A stretch of 63,965 nt of DNA, filler included, from Octopus bimaculoides (Eukaryota), in assembly GCF_001194135.2 (NCBI RefSeq). It is 5 parts of 5 records of this genome, joined end to end, with 100 filler letters (N's around TTAATTAATTAA, not from the genome) between each part and the next. Parts side by side here need not be neighbours in the genome. Positions count along the whole stretch, not along the records: positions 17,928 to 42,327 come from NC_068987.1; positions 42,428 to 49,104 come from NC_068989.1; positions 49,205 to 62,503 come from NC_068999.1; 2 more parts are not named here. One strand, 5' to 3'. Within the stretch, counting starts at the first letter, position 1. The number at the start of each line of letters is the position of its first letter. Positions 37,013 to 51,239 of the stretch are shown piece by piece. Both the position numbers and the translations under genes were made by a program. A model generated the notes under the pieces. It made no database searches and was not told the DNA's origin. It saw only the letters and a program-made list of their open reading frames with translations.

Positions 37013-37395
37013 ACTTTTACTTGCTTTAGTTACTGGATTGCGACCAAGCTGGAGCTGCGCCTGGAAGAATTCTTAGTCGAATGAATTGATCCCTATACTT
37101 ATTATTATAATTTTTTAAAACCTGATACTTACTCTATCGGTCTCTTTTGTCGAACCGTTAACTTACGGGGACGTAAACATACCAACACCGGTTGTCAAGC
37201 GGTAGTGGGCGACAAACCGAGACACGAATACACACACACACACATTTACGACGGGGTTCTTTCAATTTCCGTCTAGCAAATTGGTTGTCCCGTGACTATA
37301 ACAGAAGACGCTCGTCCAATGCGCCATGCACCAGGAATGAACCCGGAACCATGTGGTTGGGAAGCAAACCTCTTACCACATACTCAAACCTGCAC
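37013..37395 (-). mobile_element. SINE family B, near full length
   Basis: Tail, body, short internal (CA)n at about 37229-37244 and head (GAACCCGGAACCATGTGGTTGGGAAGCAAACCTCTTACCAC) in one unit. Confidence 0.85.
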
Positions 37396-39050
37396 CCACA
37401 CTGTTGAATTTGTTTCTGTATCTTTTTTTATAATCACATTCGACTTTTATTTACAAGAAAACTAAGAAATATACTCAACGCACACATACACTCTCTCTGT
37501 CTCTCTCTCTTTCTCTCTCTCTCTCTCTTTCGATATTTTTAAACAGTAAAAATTTTAGAATACAATATGCATCTAAACATTACCTCATTCCCCAGAGGCG
37601 AACGATATAAACCGGGGAACGTAAACAAAACGAATGACACGTCTGGAGCAAGGAAGAACGAAAATATTCAAGAATGGAAATATTTTCCAACCATGTCAAT
37701 TGTTTATCTCCGCCCCCGCATGCAGACAAGTTCTCACTGCAGAGAAAAATACACAAATTATTCTGTCCTTATGTCACGATGCTATTGTCTTTCAGAGCTT
37801 CAGTCACGACATGTTGTTTAGCATAAGTTACAACACATGGCCATATAACTTGCTAGAAATAGTGCTTAAATCACTCTACCTACGTTACCTACACAAGCAG
37901 CATGTCTTCAATGTATCAATGCCCATCCTGTTCTCATTGGATGTCCTTCTTTTCGTATACATTCGCTGCTTTCTTTCAAGGAATCTAGTGCTCTTAGCTT
38001 AGTTTTTCCCTGGGGCTGGCCAGATTGGAGCACTCTCGAGTATGACCAGCCGAAACTGTAGAGATAATCTGGAACTCGACTGACGAACGAAAACTCCGAA
38101 TGACCCGTCCTTGATTTTTCTTGTCCCCTTTTTTGTATCATCCAACAGCCTGGATGTTTTGTGCTCTTGTCCCATTTTTTCTATTCTTTTTTATATACAT
38201 ACTTACATACATACACAGACACATATACACACACACATACACACAAGCATAGATAGGCGCAGGCGTGGCTATGTGGTAAGGATCTGGCGATCCTGGGTGT
38301 AATACCCTGACCCCTACTCCACGCTCCTTCATGCACTTCATTAACCGACGGAACCCCTGTATATCGTTTAATGTTGCCGTTTAAAAAAATTTTTTTGAAG
38401 ATAATATTGTATGGCATGAAGTCTATTTAACTGCGATCTCTAGCAGACTGAATGACCACATAGAGACTCTCCTACTGGTTGGCGGTTTCATTTTAATTAG
38501 AAATTGCAATGTTTACGTAAGATGGTAGAATTTGACACGAAATCTCTTTGGCTGCTATTTCTAGCAGGTTGTTGGCTGGTGGCATCATTTTCATTAAGAG
38601 TAGTTACGTTTATACAATGCAAGATTTATCTCAGCGGTTGGTCCGTTGGTGCAACAGGTGTATATAAACATCATTAAGTAAGACTGCCTGGTGTTCTGTC
38701 GAACATTAGTGAATTGCTCAACCAACAAATTCTTCGTGGCATCATGCTAAATGGTTAATACTTCTTCATAAGAGAACCAATATATTCATTACATTGAATG
38801 TTGCCGACGCCGTCAGTGTGGCTGTAAGACCTCGAGATATGCATTGAACAAGTGAATGCTGTAATTAAATCTGCGAGGTCTATGTTGTATGACGCATTGT
38901 GCTAACTCAAGGACGTTGGATTACGTGTCCTAGAGACTTGCAGAGAAAATTGATAAACTGCTGAGTGGGTGTGTGTGCATTAAGATTAATAAATTAATAT
39001 ACACAAACACTATATATACACATACACACACATGCATATGTATGTATATA

Positions 39051-39088
<38 letters not shown>

Positions 39089-39242
39089 CATATATGTATG
39101 TATATATATATACACACAAACATGTATACATATATACATATACATACATAAATATATGTATATTTATGTATATATATATATATATATATATGTGTATATA
39201 TATATGAAAAATATTGAACATATATGTATGTATGTATGTATG

Positions 39243-39291
<49 letters not shown>

Positions 39292-39327
39292 CTCTCTCTC
39301 TCTATATATATATATATGCGTAAGTAC

Positions 39328-39391
<64 letters not shown>

Positions 39392-40394
39392 AGTCAACAG
39401 GTGAAATCTAGAGATGTTTAACGTAGGAAACACGTAGCAGTTCTCAAATGATTTGAACTTAAATTTTAGGTCCACGGGGTAAAGAGTAACTATAAAAGAA
39501 ATCCTGATGAACTGATATGGAGAAAGTGATGCAGATAAATACGAATAGGCTTGATATGCATGAATATATATACATACATATACACATATAAATATATATA
39601 TATATTAAAATACAAAAACTAAATGTATTCCGAAGTTAAACACATATGTACAAGTATACACATATTTATATATATTGACAAAAATAAATTTATTTTTACC
39701 TGGAGTATAAAATTACAGAAGACTAAGAGAACGCATGATTTTTTAACTCGACAACTTCTCTGGGAGCTTGGAATTACCTAGTAGTTGTAATGTTTATAAT
39801 TGGCAGATAGAATGTACAAAAAGTCACACATATATAACCAGTAGGTGGATGCATGGAGACATTACTGTAATACCGGCTTCCTTCATCGGGAGGGGAAGAT
39901 TAGCAGATAACAGTTCTCGTCGTGGTGCGAGAGATTTAAATTTTGAAGTGGGACAAGCGGAAGAGAGGATTAAAAGGCAAAAAGAGGGAGGGTGAAGGCG
40001 GCTAAGGGAGGGTGAGTGGGGAAGTAGAGGAAGAGCAAGAAGAGATAAGAAATAAAAGATGAGGAGCGGGGTGAGTAATCGAGGGATTGAACAGATGTAC
40101 AAATGGTGGGTTGGAGAAAGGAGAGAGGAGGGGTGAAATAGGTTTGTATTGTGAAAAAAGATGCCGTTGGTTTGGCAGGTCATTAAGCGCATATTTAATT
40201 AATCAGGGATGGTTGAGGCTGTAGAAAACTAGAATAAGAGACAATGAATGTAGTAAGGAATGGGGGTTAGGTACCGGAGGAGGAGGAGGACTGCTGAGGT
40301 CGGGAGAGAAGTACATGTGGAAATCAGTGGATATCCACAGAGTTTATTCAAAAGTATTTTGATACGAGAAGATGAAATGAACAGGTTTTATCCC

Positions 40395-40515
40395 TCCCAA
40401 ATCACTACAATTGTGTCTGTGGAGTGCTCAGCCACTTGCACATTAAGTTCATGAGCAGGCTGTTCCGTTGATCGGATCAACTGGAACCCTCGTCGTCATA
40501 AGCGACGGAGTGCCT
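40395..40515 (+). mobile_element. Probable SINE 3' tail fragment followed by (CT)n
   Basis: GTGTCTGTGGAGTGCTCAGCCACTTGCAC...GGCTGTTCCGTTGATCGGATCAACTGGAACCCTCGTCGTC; family assignment is from recall, not from a second copy here. Confidence 0.45.
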
Positions 40516-40538
40516 CTCTCTCTCTCTCCCTCTCTCTC

Positions 40539-40588
<50 letters not shown>

Positions 40589-41479
40589 CACACACATATG
40601 TATACATGCATGTATGTATGTATGTATGTATGTATGTATGTATGCATGTATGTATGCATGTATGTATGTAGGTACACAAATTGGATAAGCGCTGATTCTA
40701 TTATTGTTATGTGAAAATTATTGGAAAGCTCTGAGTTTTTAAAGATGATAAATAAAAATATCTTATTGCAGAGAAAATTACGGAAATAATTAAAAAATCA
40801 AATTAGGAATAATCACTCTGTATTTATGAATATTTATAAATGGACAAATAAATGAGAAAAACAATAATAATTTTGAAATTATATCAAAGAAACGATTTTA
40901 CAAATAAATTAGCAATAACGCCGGCTAAATTAATAAGTATGTTAATAATTATAAACATTAAATCAACGCAATGAAGTTAATAGTAGAGAAAGATAATTGC
41001 ATAACTCTAGGAAATAAGTGAGCGTAGGTTGATAGGACATAATCTTTCCTACTCTAGGAACAAGGCCTGAAATTTTGGGGGAAGATCGGAANNNNNNNNN
41101 NNNNNNNNNNNNNNNNNNNNNNNNNNNNNNNNNNNNNNNNNNNNNNNNNNNNNNNNNNNNNNNNNNNNNNNNNNNNNNNNNNNNNNNNNNNNNNNNNNNN
41201 NNNNNNNNNNNNNNNNNNNNNNNNNNNNNNNNNNNNNNNNNNNNNNNNNNNNNNNNNNNNNNNNNNNNNNNNNNNNNNNNNNNNNNNNNNNNNNNNNNNN
41301 NNNNNNNNNNNNNNNNNNNNNNNNNNNNNNNNNNNNNNNNNNNNNNNNNNNNNNNNNNNNNNNNNNNNNNNNNNNNNNNNNNNNNNNNNNNNNNNNNNNN
41401 NNNNNNNNNNNNNNNNNNNNNNNNNNNNNNNNNNNNNNNNNNNNNNNNTCTTCTTCTTCTTCTTCTCATTATTATTATT

Positions 41480-41553
41480 GTGAAGGCGCATGGCTCAGTG
41501 GTTAGAGCGTCGAGCTTACGATCGCGAGGTTGTGAGTTCGAATCCCGGACCGG
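41480..41553 (+). mobile_element. tRNA-derived SINE head
   Basis: A-box TGGCTCAGTGG and B-box GAGTTCGAATCC without an acceptor stem. Confidence 0.75.
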
Positions 41554-42278
41554 TAGGGTGGTATTTGAGAAATAATTGTCTGCAATTTCTTCTTAGTCGA
41601 ACGACTACATTGAAGCCGTCTTCTTACCTCGGATTTCCTTGCTCTCATTGTATATGAATGTGCATGTGAGTGGGTGTGTGTATATGGAGGGGGTGTTTGG
41701 GTGGGTTTGTAATCTTTCTAACTTCTTATAGAGAGATTGAAGTCACACTTGGAGCTAGCAAATTCCATGATGGATCGATTGTATCATTTTTACGCCAGTC
41801 TTTTTTCTCTCTGTTGAACAAATGTGGTACTTGCGAGTATTCGAAGTATTTTTGTTTTATTTTCCTATCTCTTGCGAATGTTACAGAACTGTTATATGTA
41901 ACAATATATATCTTTCTTCAACCAACATTATCGATCCGACCGAAATATTTTTAGTAAGAAAGAAATATTTTTAATCTTTTTTTTTTTTTTTGCAGTTGTT
42001 GGAGATTTCAATATTTACTTATAATTTAGATTTTTTTGTTTATGATTCTGGCTCTCTCTAGTTTCCAAAATTCTAAATCATTAAAATAGAGAATTTAAAA
42101 GATATACATAAAATTGTGCATATATACACCTATCTATCTATCTATCTATGCATACATACATACATACATACATACATACATACATACATACATGCATACA
42201 TTCATTCATATATATGTTCATATATACATACATACGCACGTACGTTCGTTCACATACATACACATACATATGTATATC

Positions 42279-42311
<33 letters not shown>

Positions 42312-42371
42312 CACATACATATATATANNNNNNNNNNNNNNNNNNNNNNNNNNNNNNNNNNNNNNNNNNNN

Positions 42372-42383
42372 TTAATTAATTAA
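42372..42383. other. Artificial scaffold-join linker
   Basis: 44 N + TTAATTAATTAA + 44 N. Confidence 0.95.
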
Positions 42384-42992
42384 NNNNNNNNNNNNNNNNN
42401 NNNNNNNNNNNNNNNNNNNNNNNNNNNATGAAACAAACTAGATAGTGAATAAGAAATGAACGTTTAATATGACAAATTTTCAGATTTTTTTTTACGTCAT
42501 TTTAAAAGGGGGCTGGTTTTGTGACTCAAACTAATTAGATCCAAGTACAGTGAATACCATCCTCCACAATTCGCTACTCATATGAAGTACATATGTATTT
42601 CAACAATTTCCATCAAATACACTCTCCTTCTTGAGCATAAAAAATCCTCTTCCCGGGTGACAATAACTTATATGTTAGATTGTTGCACAAGTTCTAGCTG
42701 TTTTGATAAAGAAGAGCACTCTTTCGATAGACAAGTTGATCTCATAAGTGTCACGTGGTGGAAATCAACGCAATTATCAAACTTTCAATTCAAAGGGTCA
42801 AAAGGGGGCCTTTAACCAAAATGGGTTGAGAACTTTTGATTTACATGCTTTTATTTGTAGCTGTATCTACTTTGAAGTTGTCTCAGCTTTCCATCACCAC
42901 CACCACCACCACCCCAAAAAAAACTATTTCACATTCTCTTGTAGTTTCTAAATTCTGAAGTTAACGATACACATACGCACGCGCACGCGCAT

Positions 42993-43032
<40 letters not shown>

Positions 43033-45931
43033 GTGACAGTAAATTGATCGATAAGGCACAAGAGAAATACTATAAGGAGACTACCAGATTTGAACAATAT
43101 AGGTTCGGAGATACGCCTAACATCACACGTTGCGATGGTACGATCTGACAATGTGATACGAAGCTTCAGACCAAAGAAATTTAAAATAGTTGGAGTGTTT
43201 ATCTGGATGATTTACGGAGTGTTTATCTGGAAGATTTGCACTGCGTTTATAAATTCATCGCGGGTACAACATCGCGGCTCAATACAGCGTCTGTAAATCC
43301 ATTTCTAAGTAATTTCATTGCAAGACAAATTCCATCACAAGCCAATACATCGCCGGTGAATTCGTCGTTATAATTTTTATAAACGCAAAATAAATACGTT
43401 TCAAAATATTATTTATTTAAAGTTTTTTTTTATTTGTAAATACGCCGTATTTCATCACAATGAAAAACATATATATTCAATGATAAAAAAATTCCATCCT
43501 ACAATCTGTAAATTTTTAAGAATCTTAAGAAAAGACCTATCAAGAAATGAAGTAATAATTGAACAATATATCACAAGTGAAGAAATTTTAAAATCTTACA
43601 AAAGAAATATAAAGATAGTGCAGAGAGAATTCTCTGTACCGTAAGATATTTTATTATATAAGAGAAGTTACTCATAATTTTTACTTTTTAGAATGTTTCT
43701 TCTTTTCTTCAATTCTTTTTCTTTTTTCTGCGTTTTTTTTTTCTCTGTGGTTCTATATTTAAAAGTAAATATGATTTGTTTCTGATGTATATATTGAATA
43801 AATTTTATTTTCATAACTTTTACAGTTGAATTTTTATTTCTTTGTTAATAAAATAAAAGATAGCGTATTTACTATGTAAATAAAACCTTCAAAAATTGTT
43901 TACCGACGTATCTACTCTGTGGATAAAATGTCTGACGATGAACTCACCGACGCTGTCGTTGAAATCGATTTAATCATATTCAAGACAACGTGATTGAGGA
44001 AGCCACTACGACGGAGAGATGCCAAGTGCTTCAACCAAACCGGAATGCTACGTGGAAAGAGTGACAAGGATTTGTTCAAGCTGGAATCGAAATTGCATTG
44101 AATTTAATTGAGACTCATTGAACCATTTTTGATGTTGTTTAATTGGGAACTTAAGTTTTGCGTAGGAGAAAAGTATTGTAAAGGTCTAAGCCTACAATTT
44201 ATGAGTGCAAGTATGGTTGGGTGCAGGTATGGTTAGGTGTTTGTATAACTGGCTGGGGGTGTGGTTTGGTGTGAGCATGGCTGTGTAGTAAAAATGGTCG
44301 CTTCGTTTTCGGGCTCAGTTAACTCCAGTTGATGAAATTAATAGCGATTATTTTACTGTAAGCTGATTTGCATGCCATACACGATCAAATGCTTTAACGA
44401 ATTTCTTGAAGGCAGAGTCCACTGCTTTGGGATGTAAAATAAGCCCCGGATGTAAAGGGTTTTATAAAAGCCTTACTGACGATTCTTGATGATGAAAAGG
44501 GACATTTAGTTGTTGAGCAATGTAAATATTAACAATTATTTCTATCACCTTTCAAATATTGTAAGTTTGAACGAGTTGGTAGAGTTAGAAAGGTTGTCCT
44601 TGTGAGAAATAGGGAACACAATATCATATTTCCGAAGACCTGTAAAGAGAGAATGAGTGAGTGAGTGAGTGAGAGAGAAAGTAAGAGGAAGGAAGAATGA
44701 GAGGGAGAAAGAGAGAAAAGTTGAACAGTTTAAGGAGGACTGGCTCTAACTGTAGGATGTAATGGTTTATAGTAATGGTGGGGACATTGTCAGAGCCGGT
44801 GGCCTTGTTAGTTTAAAGTGGCGGAAATTGTTTTTATACATTGAATAAATATGGAAAAACCGATGGAGGAAAGAAAATAAGTTCTAGAGTGTGTGAAATA
44901 TAGAGATGGATGTAAAGCGAAGAAAATGTGAACGCTTTCTCCGCGGAAGTTGCGGAAATATTCCGTAAAGTTGGTAAAGAATCCTTCTTGCAAGGAACCA
45001 AAATAATCAGTTGCAGATTTTGGAAATGGAACTTACAAACTATAATAAAATAAATCAGCTATAATAAAATAATCAGCTGCAGATTTTGGAAATGGAACTT
45101 ACAAACTATGCTATACACGAAGGGTGGTCTTGCAGGAGATATGGTAGGACATACAAGCCATCCAGTTGGTTGGGGTGGTGACTTCTATATATCGTGTCAC
45201 ACCTGATAAATAACGTTAAAAATATGAAAAACTATATAGTGCTCGATACCGAAATGTAGAGTAATATATTTGTATTTATGAAGCAATACAAGTGAGCTTG
45301 TCATGTAAGCTACCATTGGTTTCAGTTTTCAGGCCTATGTTTTCTCAACTCATCATTAAAGCAAAATTTTAATATTTTGAAAAAAATTGTTCTGACTCCC
45401 GCTTGCATTAAAGTGAATTATTCATTCTGAATAGATGTGAGTGACGTCCTCTTTATGCTGACAATATTGAACAGAGCGATATCATTGCTTGAAATTGTGG
45501 AATACGCATAAAAAATTAGATTTAATTACGAGAGGTTAACCTCTCTCCGAAGCATGGGAATAACAGAGTTGCTGGGAATGGAGAACATAAGTGAAGGAAT
45601 GAAAAAGTAAAATAAGAGTAGATGACTGATCGAATGGAGAAAGAAGAGAGGAAAGAGAGTCTAGAATTTAACAGTATCAGATGTCTGTGCACATATGTAG
45701 ATTTTAGGCGGGTGCAAGTGGTGTTTTCCAGTTATGTAATAGGTACTTTCCAAAGCGTTTGCTTTTCCCGATTATTATTGGTTTTATACAGTATTATAGA
45801 TACATTACAGCCGATATAACCAATCGGTTTCGCGCAAGGTATTAGATAATCGGGACATTAACTAATTAATATGCTCTCCGGATTGGGAGATAGCATGTAC
45901 GTATGCATGTATGTATGTATGTATGTATGTA

Positions 45932-45962
<31 letters not shown>

Positions 45963-46082
45963 ATGTACGCATGTACGTATGTATGTACGCATGTACGTAT
46001 GTATGTATGTACGCATGTACGTATGTATGTGGAAATGTATGTCGGCGTGTGTGTGTGTGTGTGTATGCGTGTGTGTGTATGC

Positions 46083-46118
<36 letters not shown>

Positions 46119-46149
46119 GTGTGTGTGTGCGTGTGTGTGTGTGCGTGTG

Positions 46150-46535
46150 TGTGTGTGTGTGTGTGTTATCCACTACCGCTTGTGTTTATGTCCACATAAA
46201 TAGCGGTTCGGCGAAAGAGACCGATAGAATAAGTACCAGGCTTTAAAAAAAACAAGTACTGGACTCGATTCATTCGACAAAAAATTTTTCAAGGAGATGC
46301 TGCAGCATGGCCGCAGCATGGCCGCAGCATGGCCGCAGTATGGCCGCAGCATGGCCACAGCATGGCTGCAGCATGGCCGCAGCGTGGCTGCAGCATGGCC
46401 GCAGCATGGCCGAAGCATGGCCGCAGCGTGGCCGCAGCATGGCCACAGCATGGCCGCAGCGTGGCCGCAGCATGGCCGCAGCGTGGCCGAAGCATGGCCA
46501 CAGCATGGCCGCAGTCTGATGACTGGAACAAAGCA
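46150..46535 (+). mobile_element. SINE family B body and tail containing an 11-bp minisatellite
   Basis: AGCGGTTCGGCGAAAGAGACCGATAGAATAAGTACCAGGC...TTCAAGGAGATGCT[array]GCAGTCTGATGACTGGAACAA. Confidence 0.9.
46302..46514. repeat. 11-bp minisatellite (GCAGCATGGCC)n, 19 full units plus 4 nt
   Basis: Direct reading; no indels, only point variants. Confidence 0.97.
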
Positions 46536-48399
46536 TACAAAATTTAATCTGCGTAGAAAACTTTTTTTTTAAGTAACTGAGTACTCTGTTACTCAAACGG
46601 AAAAACGTCCTCCAAGAGACGAGATGGTCATAGTTGGAATGCTTTTTTCATCAAGATTGCATTTACTTGATCAAAGCTAGTTAAATGACGTCCACGATGA
46701 CAACGACATCATCAGCAACGATATACGTGGGTTGATGTGGAGTGTTTTGCAAGATAATTTGACGTACATCAAAATGTCACATCAATTATATCTTCGTTTC
46801 TGCGTTCTTCACTTAGTCAGTCGGTGTTGTCGTTCTTGTATATATTTGTTTATCTTTTTTTCTCCTTATAAAAATCGCAGACCAGCTTTTATTTTATTTT
46901 ATTTTATTTTATTTTATTTTATTTTATTTTATTTTATTTTATTTCTTTACATTTGAATAAATTGTGCAGATACAAAGAAACGTTAAGAAAATGACAAGAA
47001 AAAAAAATGAAAGAAAATAATGTAAAAATTGTGAGGTAAAATAAATGCAATATAGAATAAGCAAACATAATACGAATAAAAAGAAAATATATATAATATC
47101 AATGGCGGAGAGGAAAAAATTTGATAAAACAAACACGTTGCTACATGTGCGAGGACGAACTTCTTTACTGCTTGATTTGTCGTTTTAGAGAGAACATAGA
47201 ACAGTAATTCGATACTTAAGGATGTAATAAATGGGATAGATATACACCATGGTAACATGGTGATATATATTTACTCTATAAATTTATTTATATCACTTTG
47301 ATATTATCTGTCCAATACGTATATACTAATGTTTGTAACCATTCCTTCCTTTCTTTGCGTGTGTGCATGTGTGGGGGCGGGGGTGGCTGGATGTATGTAT
47401 GTAGATAGATAGATACACACACTATAATACAAACCCGCATATACACACACATACAGTCATACACGCACAAACACACACATACAGTCATACACGCACAAAC
47501 ACACACACACACACATTTATAAAGCACAAACACACGCACACAGAATGTAATACGTAGCACATGCGCTCGATGTCTTCTCCTCGAAGATCTAATCTAGTTA
47601 AAATATATCAACTAGAGCCTCAGAATTGTAGCTGTAATTTGTGTTGAGGAGAGGCTTTAGAAATTCTTAGATGTAGATCTAGTTTAATTAATGAGCATAA
47701 CGAGTTACTAATCCGTTACCCCAACTTGCTTAATAAAACTTTCTTAAAATTTCCAAGAAAAAATCCACATAGTTATTTTACCTTGATTCAACAAATATTA
47801 ATGGTAACGTTCGTATCTTATTAATTCTACCCCGTCGCTTGAATTATTTGTTGTGTTACCCGCCAATCACTCATTTCGTAATTAATGTATCTAATTTTTA
47901 TCCTTAGCTAATGTATCCAATTGACTTCTAGAACTATTTAAAACTAATGTCCGGGGTCAGCAGTAATTTATTCAGAGCTTCTATCCTGATGAGCAAACGC
48001 CGGTCAATTAATTTATTATTGAATAAATTTACATAATTTCTTTTAATGCACAAACTAATGTGTAAATTGATGAAGTAGTTTCACTAGCTATTGAAACGAC
48101 CGTAACCTTTAATAAAGTTATGTAATACCATCTTCGTTCCTTCGTCTATTTACTATTATACTCTGAGATAAATGCTCCCAATGATCGATTGGTAAATTTG
48201 CTTTGATTTAAAGTCTATAATAAACGTCCTGTGGATTCAATGAATATGGATTCTGAATTATCTCCCTTGACATTCTGATAGCCAGGTTTGCTACATGGTA
48301 TACTTGCTGACTGAAATATTCACCAGAATTTTCTTAATCCCTAGTTGCCCTTACTATGTGTGTGCATTTGTGTGCATATGTTTTATTTGTGTGCGCGTT

Positions 48400-48403
48400 T
48401 ATG

Positions 48404-48453
<50 letters not shown>

Positions 48454-49035
48454 TGTTTCTTTATTAGCCACACAGGGCTCAACATAGAGGGGACAAAATA
48501 CAAATGTAGAGTTTTCCTTTTCGATGGGGACGAAAATAAAGTAAAAAATAAAATGGGGATGACGATGAAAAAGCATCGAGAAAACGTTTGGGGTATGTAC
48601 AAAAAAAAAACAAAAAAAAAACAAAGAAGATGAAAATATTACAAAAATTTCCCAATAAATAGGGAGGTTATCCGTGGAAAGAAAAACTTACAGAAAAGAC
48701 CACGGAAACCTCAATCCTTAGTGTCACAATTTGTTAAATAAAATTCCTTTTATTTATGCAAGAAACGTAAGTAACTCTCTGTTTACAAAATTTTAAACGT
48801 TTTATAGAATCATGGTCAAGATGGCTTCGTCATTTATACGTGCCATTCTTGCTACATGTATCCATCTTTGTTCGAAACATTTGCTAGACAACACTTGCCT
48901 CTCTACTCTCACCTTCCTTTTCAAGTGATACTTGAAAAAGTTGATGAGAGATTGACCAGAGAGGAAAGTATTTGTTTCTAATCCTTTCAGACGCGTCCAC
49001 CAGATGCATACTTTCGCCATAGCCACAAGTACGAT
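48400..49035 (-). mobile_element. Tx1/L1-like LINE 3' end: ORF2 C-terminus, about 350-nt 3' UTR and (ATCT)n tail
   Basis: KVCIWWTRLKGLETNTFLSGQSLINFFKYHLKRKVRVERQVLSSKCFEQRWIHVARMARIND...*, T-rich UTR, AATAAA at 48459-48464, then a tetranucleotide tail. Confidence 0.7.
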
Positions 49036-49148
49036 AAATACAGCTCTTCCTTCCCGTTTAAAGGAAGGAGGAGCGACGATATTGACGATAGACTCGGTTG
49101 ATAANNNNNNNNNNNNNNNNNNNNNNNNNNNNNNNNNNNNNNNNNNNN

Positions 49149-49160
49149 TTAATTAATTAA
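49149..49160. other. Artificial scaffold-join linker
   Basis: 44 N + TTAATTAATTAA + 44 N. Confidence 0.95.
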
Positions 49161-49611
49161 NNNNNNNNNNNNNNNNNNNNNNNNNNNNNNNNNNNNNNNN
49201 NNNNGTGTATGTGTGTGTATGTATGTATGCATGTATGTATGTATGTATGTATGTATGTATCTGTGTGCTTTTATGTATGAGTGTGTATGTATATATGTAT
49301 GTATTTTTGTCTGTGTATTTGTATGAATATATGTACCTATGTATGTATGTGTGTGTATGTATGTATGTATGTGTATGTATGTATATGTATGTATGTATGT
49401 ATGTATGTATAAATGTATGTATGTATATGTATGTATGTATGCATGTATGTATAAATGTATGTATGTATATGTATGTATGTATGTGTGCGTTTGTGTATAA
49501 GGAGAAGGGGAGAGAGCGATAGGCACTCGTCTTACCACCATGTTTCTAGTCTGTTTCATATTGCATAGAACACATGAAAACAATGACTAACTTTGTAGAA
49601 ACACTTGCAGA

Positions 49612-49678
<67 letters not shown>

Positions 49679-50951
49679 GCGTGTGCGTGTGCGTGTGCGT
49701 GTGTGCATGAGCCCGTGTGTCTGTGTGTCTATGGGTGCACATCCGAATGTGTGAGTTATGTACAGTTGTAGATTTGACACATTTCACACACAAGTAGGAC
49801 TTAACATGTGGTATCAGTATCTCTTTCTGTCTGTGTGTCTGTCTGTTTGTCTGTCTGTCTCTCTTACTCTCTGTGTGTCTCTATCTTTGTCTCCTCTGTG
49901 TGTGTGTGTGTGTGAGTGTGCGTGTGCGCGCATTTTCTACAATGTCTTCTGCTCTGCAATTTTGTTAGTTGGCTTAGTTGATGTAGCAAATGTTGATGAT
50001 GACGGACGGTAATGATGATGATGATGGTGGTGTTGATGCTAACAATTCCTCTGCATACATACATATATACATATATACATACATGCATACATACATACAT
50101 ACATGCATACATACATACATACATACAAACATACATACATACATAAATACATACACATGTATAATTCATGTGTATGTATGTATACTGATATGCATGTATA
50201 TATACATATACGTGTATATAACTATATATGTAGTGCACCTGTATGGATGGTAATGTCCCGTAGTCCGAGAAAGACAGTTGATCAACCTGCATAAATGCCT
50301 TGTTTATAATGGTTAGATGTATATGCCGTATATTAGTTCATACCCTCCATCCTNNNNNNNNNNNNNNNNNNNNNNNNNNNNNNNNNNNNNNNNNNNNNNN
50401 NNNNNNNNNNNNNNNNNNNNNNNNNNNNNNNNNNNNNNNNNNNNNNNNNNNNNNNNNNNNNNNNNNNNNNNNNNNNNNNNNNNNNNNNNNNNNNNNNNNN
50501 NNNNNNNNNNNNNNNNNNNNNNNNNNNNNNNNNNNNNNNNNNNNNNNNNNNNNNNNNNNNNNNNNNNNNNNNNNNNNNNNNNNNNNNNNNNNNNNNNNNN
50601 NNNNNNNNNNNNNNNNNNNNNNNNNNNNNNNNNNNNNNNNNNNNNNNNNNNNNNNNNNNNNNNNNNNNNNNNNNNNNNNNNNNNNNNNNNNNNNNNNNNN
50701 NNNNNNNNNNNNNNNNNNNNNNNNNNNNNNNNNNNNNNNNNNNNNNNNNNNNNNNNNNNNNNNNNNNNNNNNNNNNNNNNNNNNNNNNNNNNNNNNNNNN
50801 NNNNNNNNNNNNNNNNNNNNNNNNNNNNNNNNNNNNNNNNNNNNNNNNNNNNNNNNNNNNNNNNNNNNNNNNNNNNNNNNNNNNNNNNNNNNNNNNNNNN
50901 NNNNNNNNNNNNNNNNNNNNNNNNNNNNNNNNNATATTTATCTATCATCTT

Positions 50952-50982
<31 letters not shown>

Positions 50983-51239
50983 AAGAGAATATATTGGGTA
51001 CTTTTGCCAAGCATTTCAGGGTGACATTCAAATACTCACAAAAAGTAGATAAATAAATAATATATAAAGGAACGCAGTAAAAATAAAAGCAATAAGAACC
51101 AGAAGAATATGATCAATAACAATTGTAATACAAAATGTTAGAAACAGTTGAATATATGAAAGGAAATAAAATGTATTAGAAGCGTTAAACTAAAAGAGTT
51201 ATTGATAAAAAACGGCCAAGAGAACTGGCGATAACAACT

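Noticed and set aside
41480-41553. tRNA gene (also 28878-28949 and 15480-15553)
   Set aside because: A and B boxes are present, but there is no paired acceptor stem and each is embedded in SINE context; treated as SINE heads
43925-44105. Short coding-looking stretch MSDDELTDAVVEID; also CTGACGA...GAAATCGATT
   Set aside because: Stops after 21 codons, no recognisable family or splice sites; the ribozyme reading lacks stems I and II
45001-45109. 43-bp near-tandem duplication
   Set aside because: Ordinary slippage duplication with a partial middle copy; nothing suggests function
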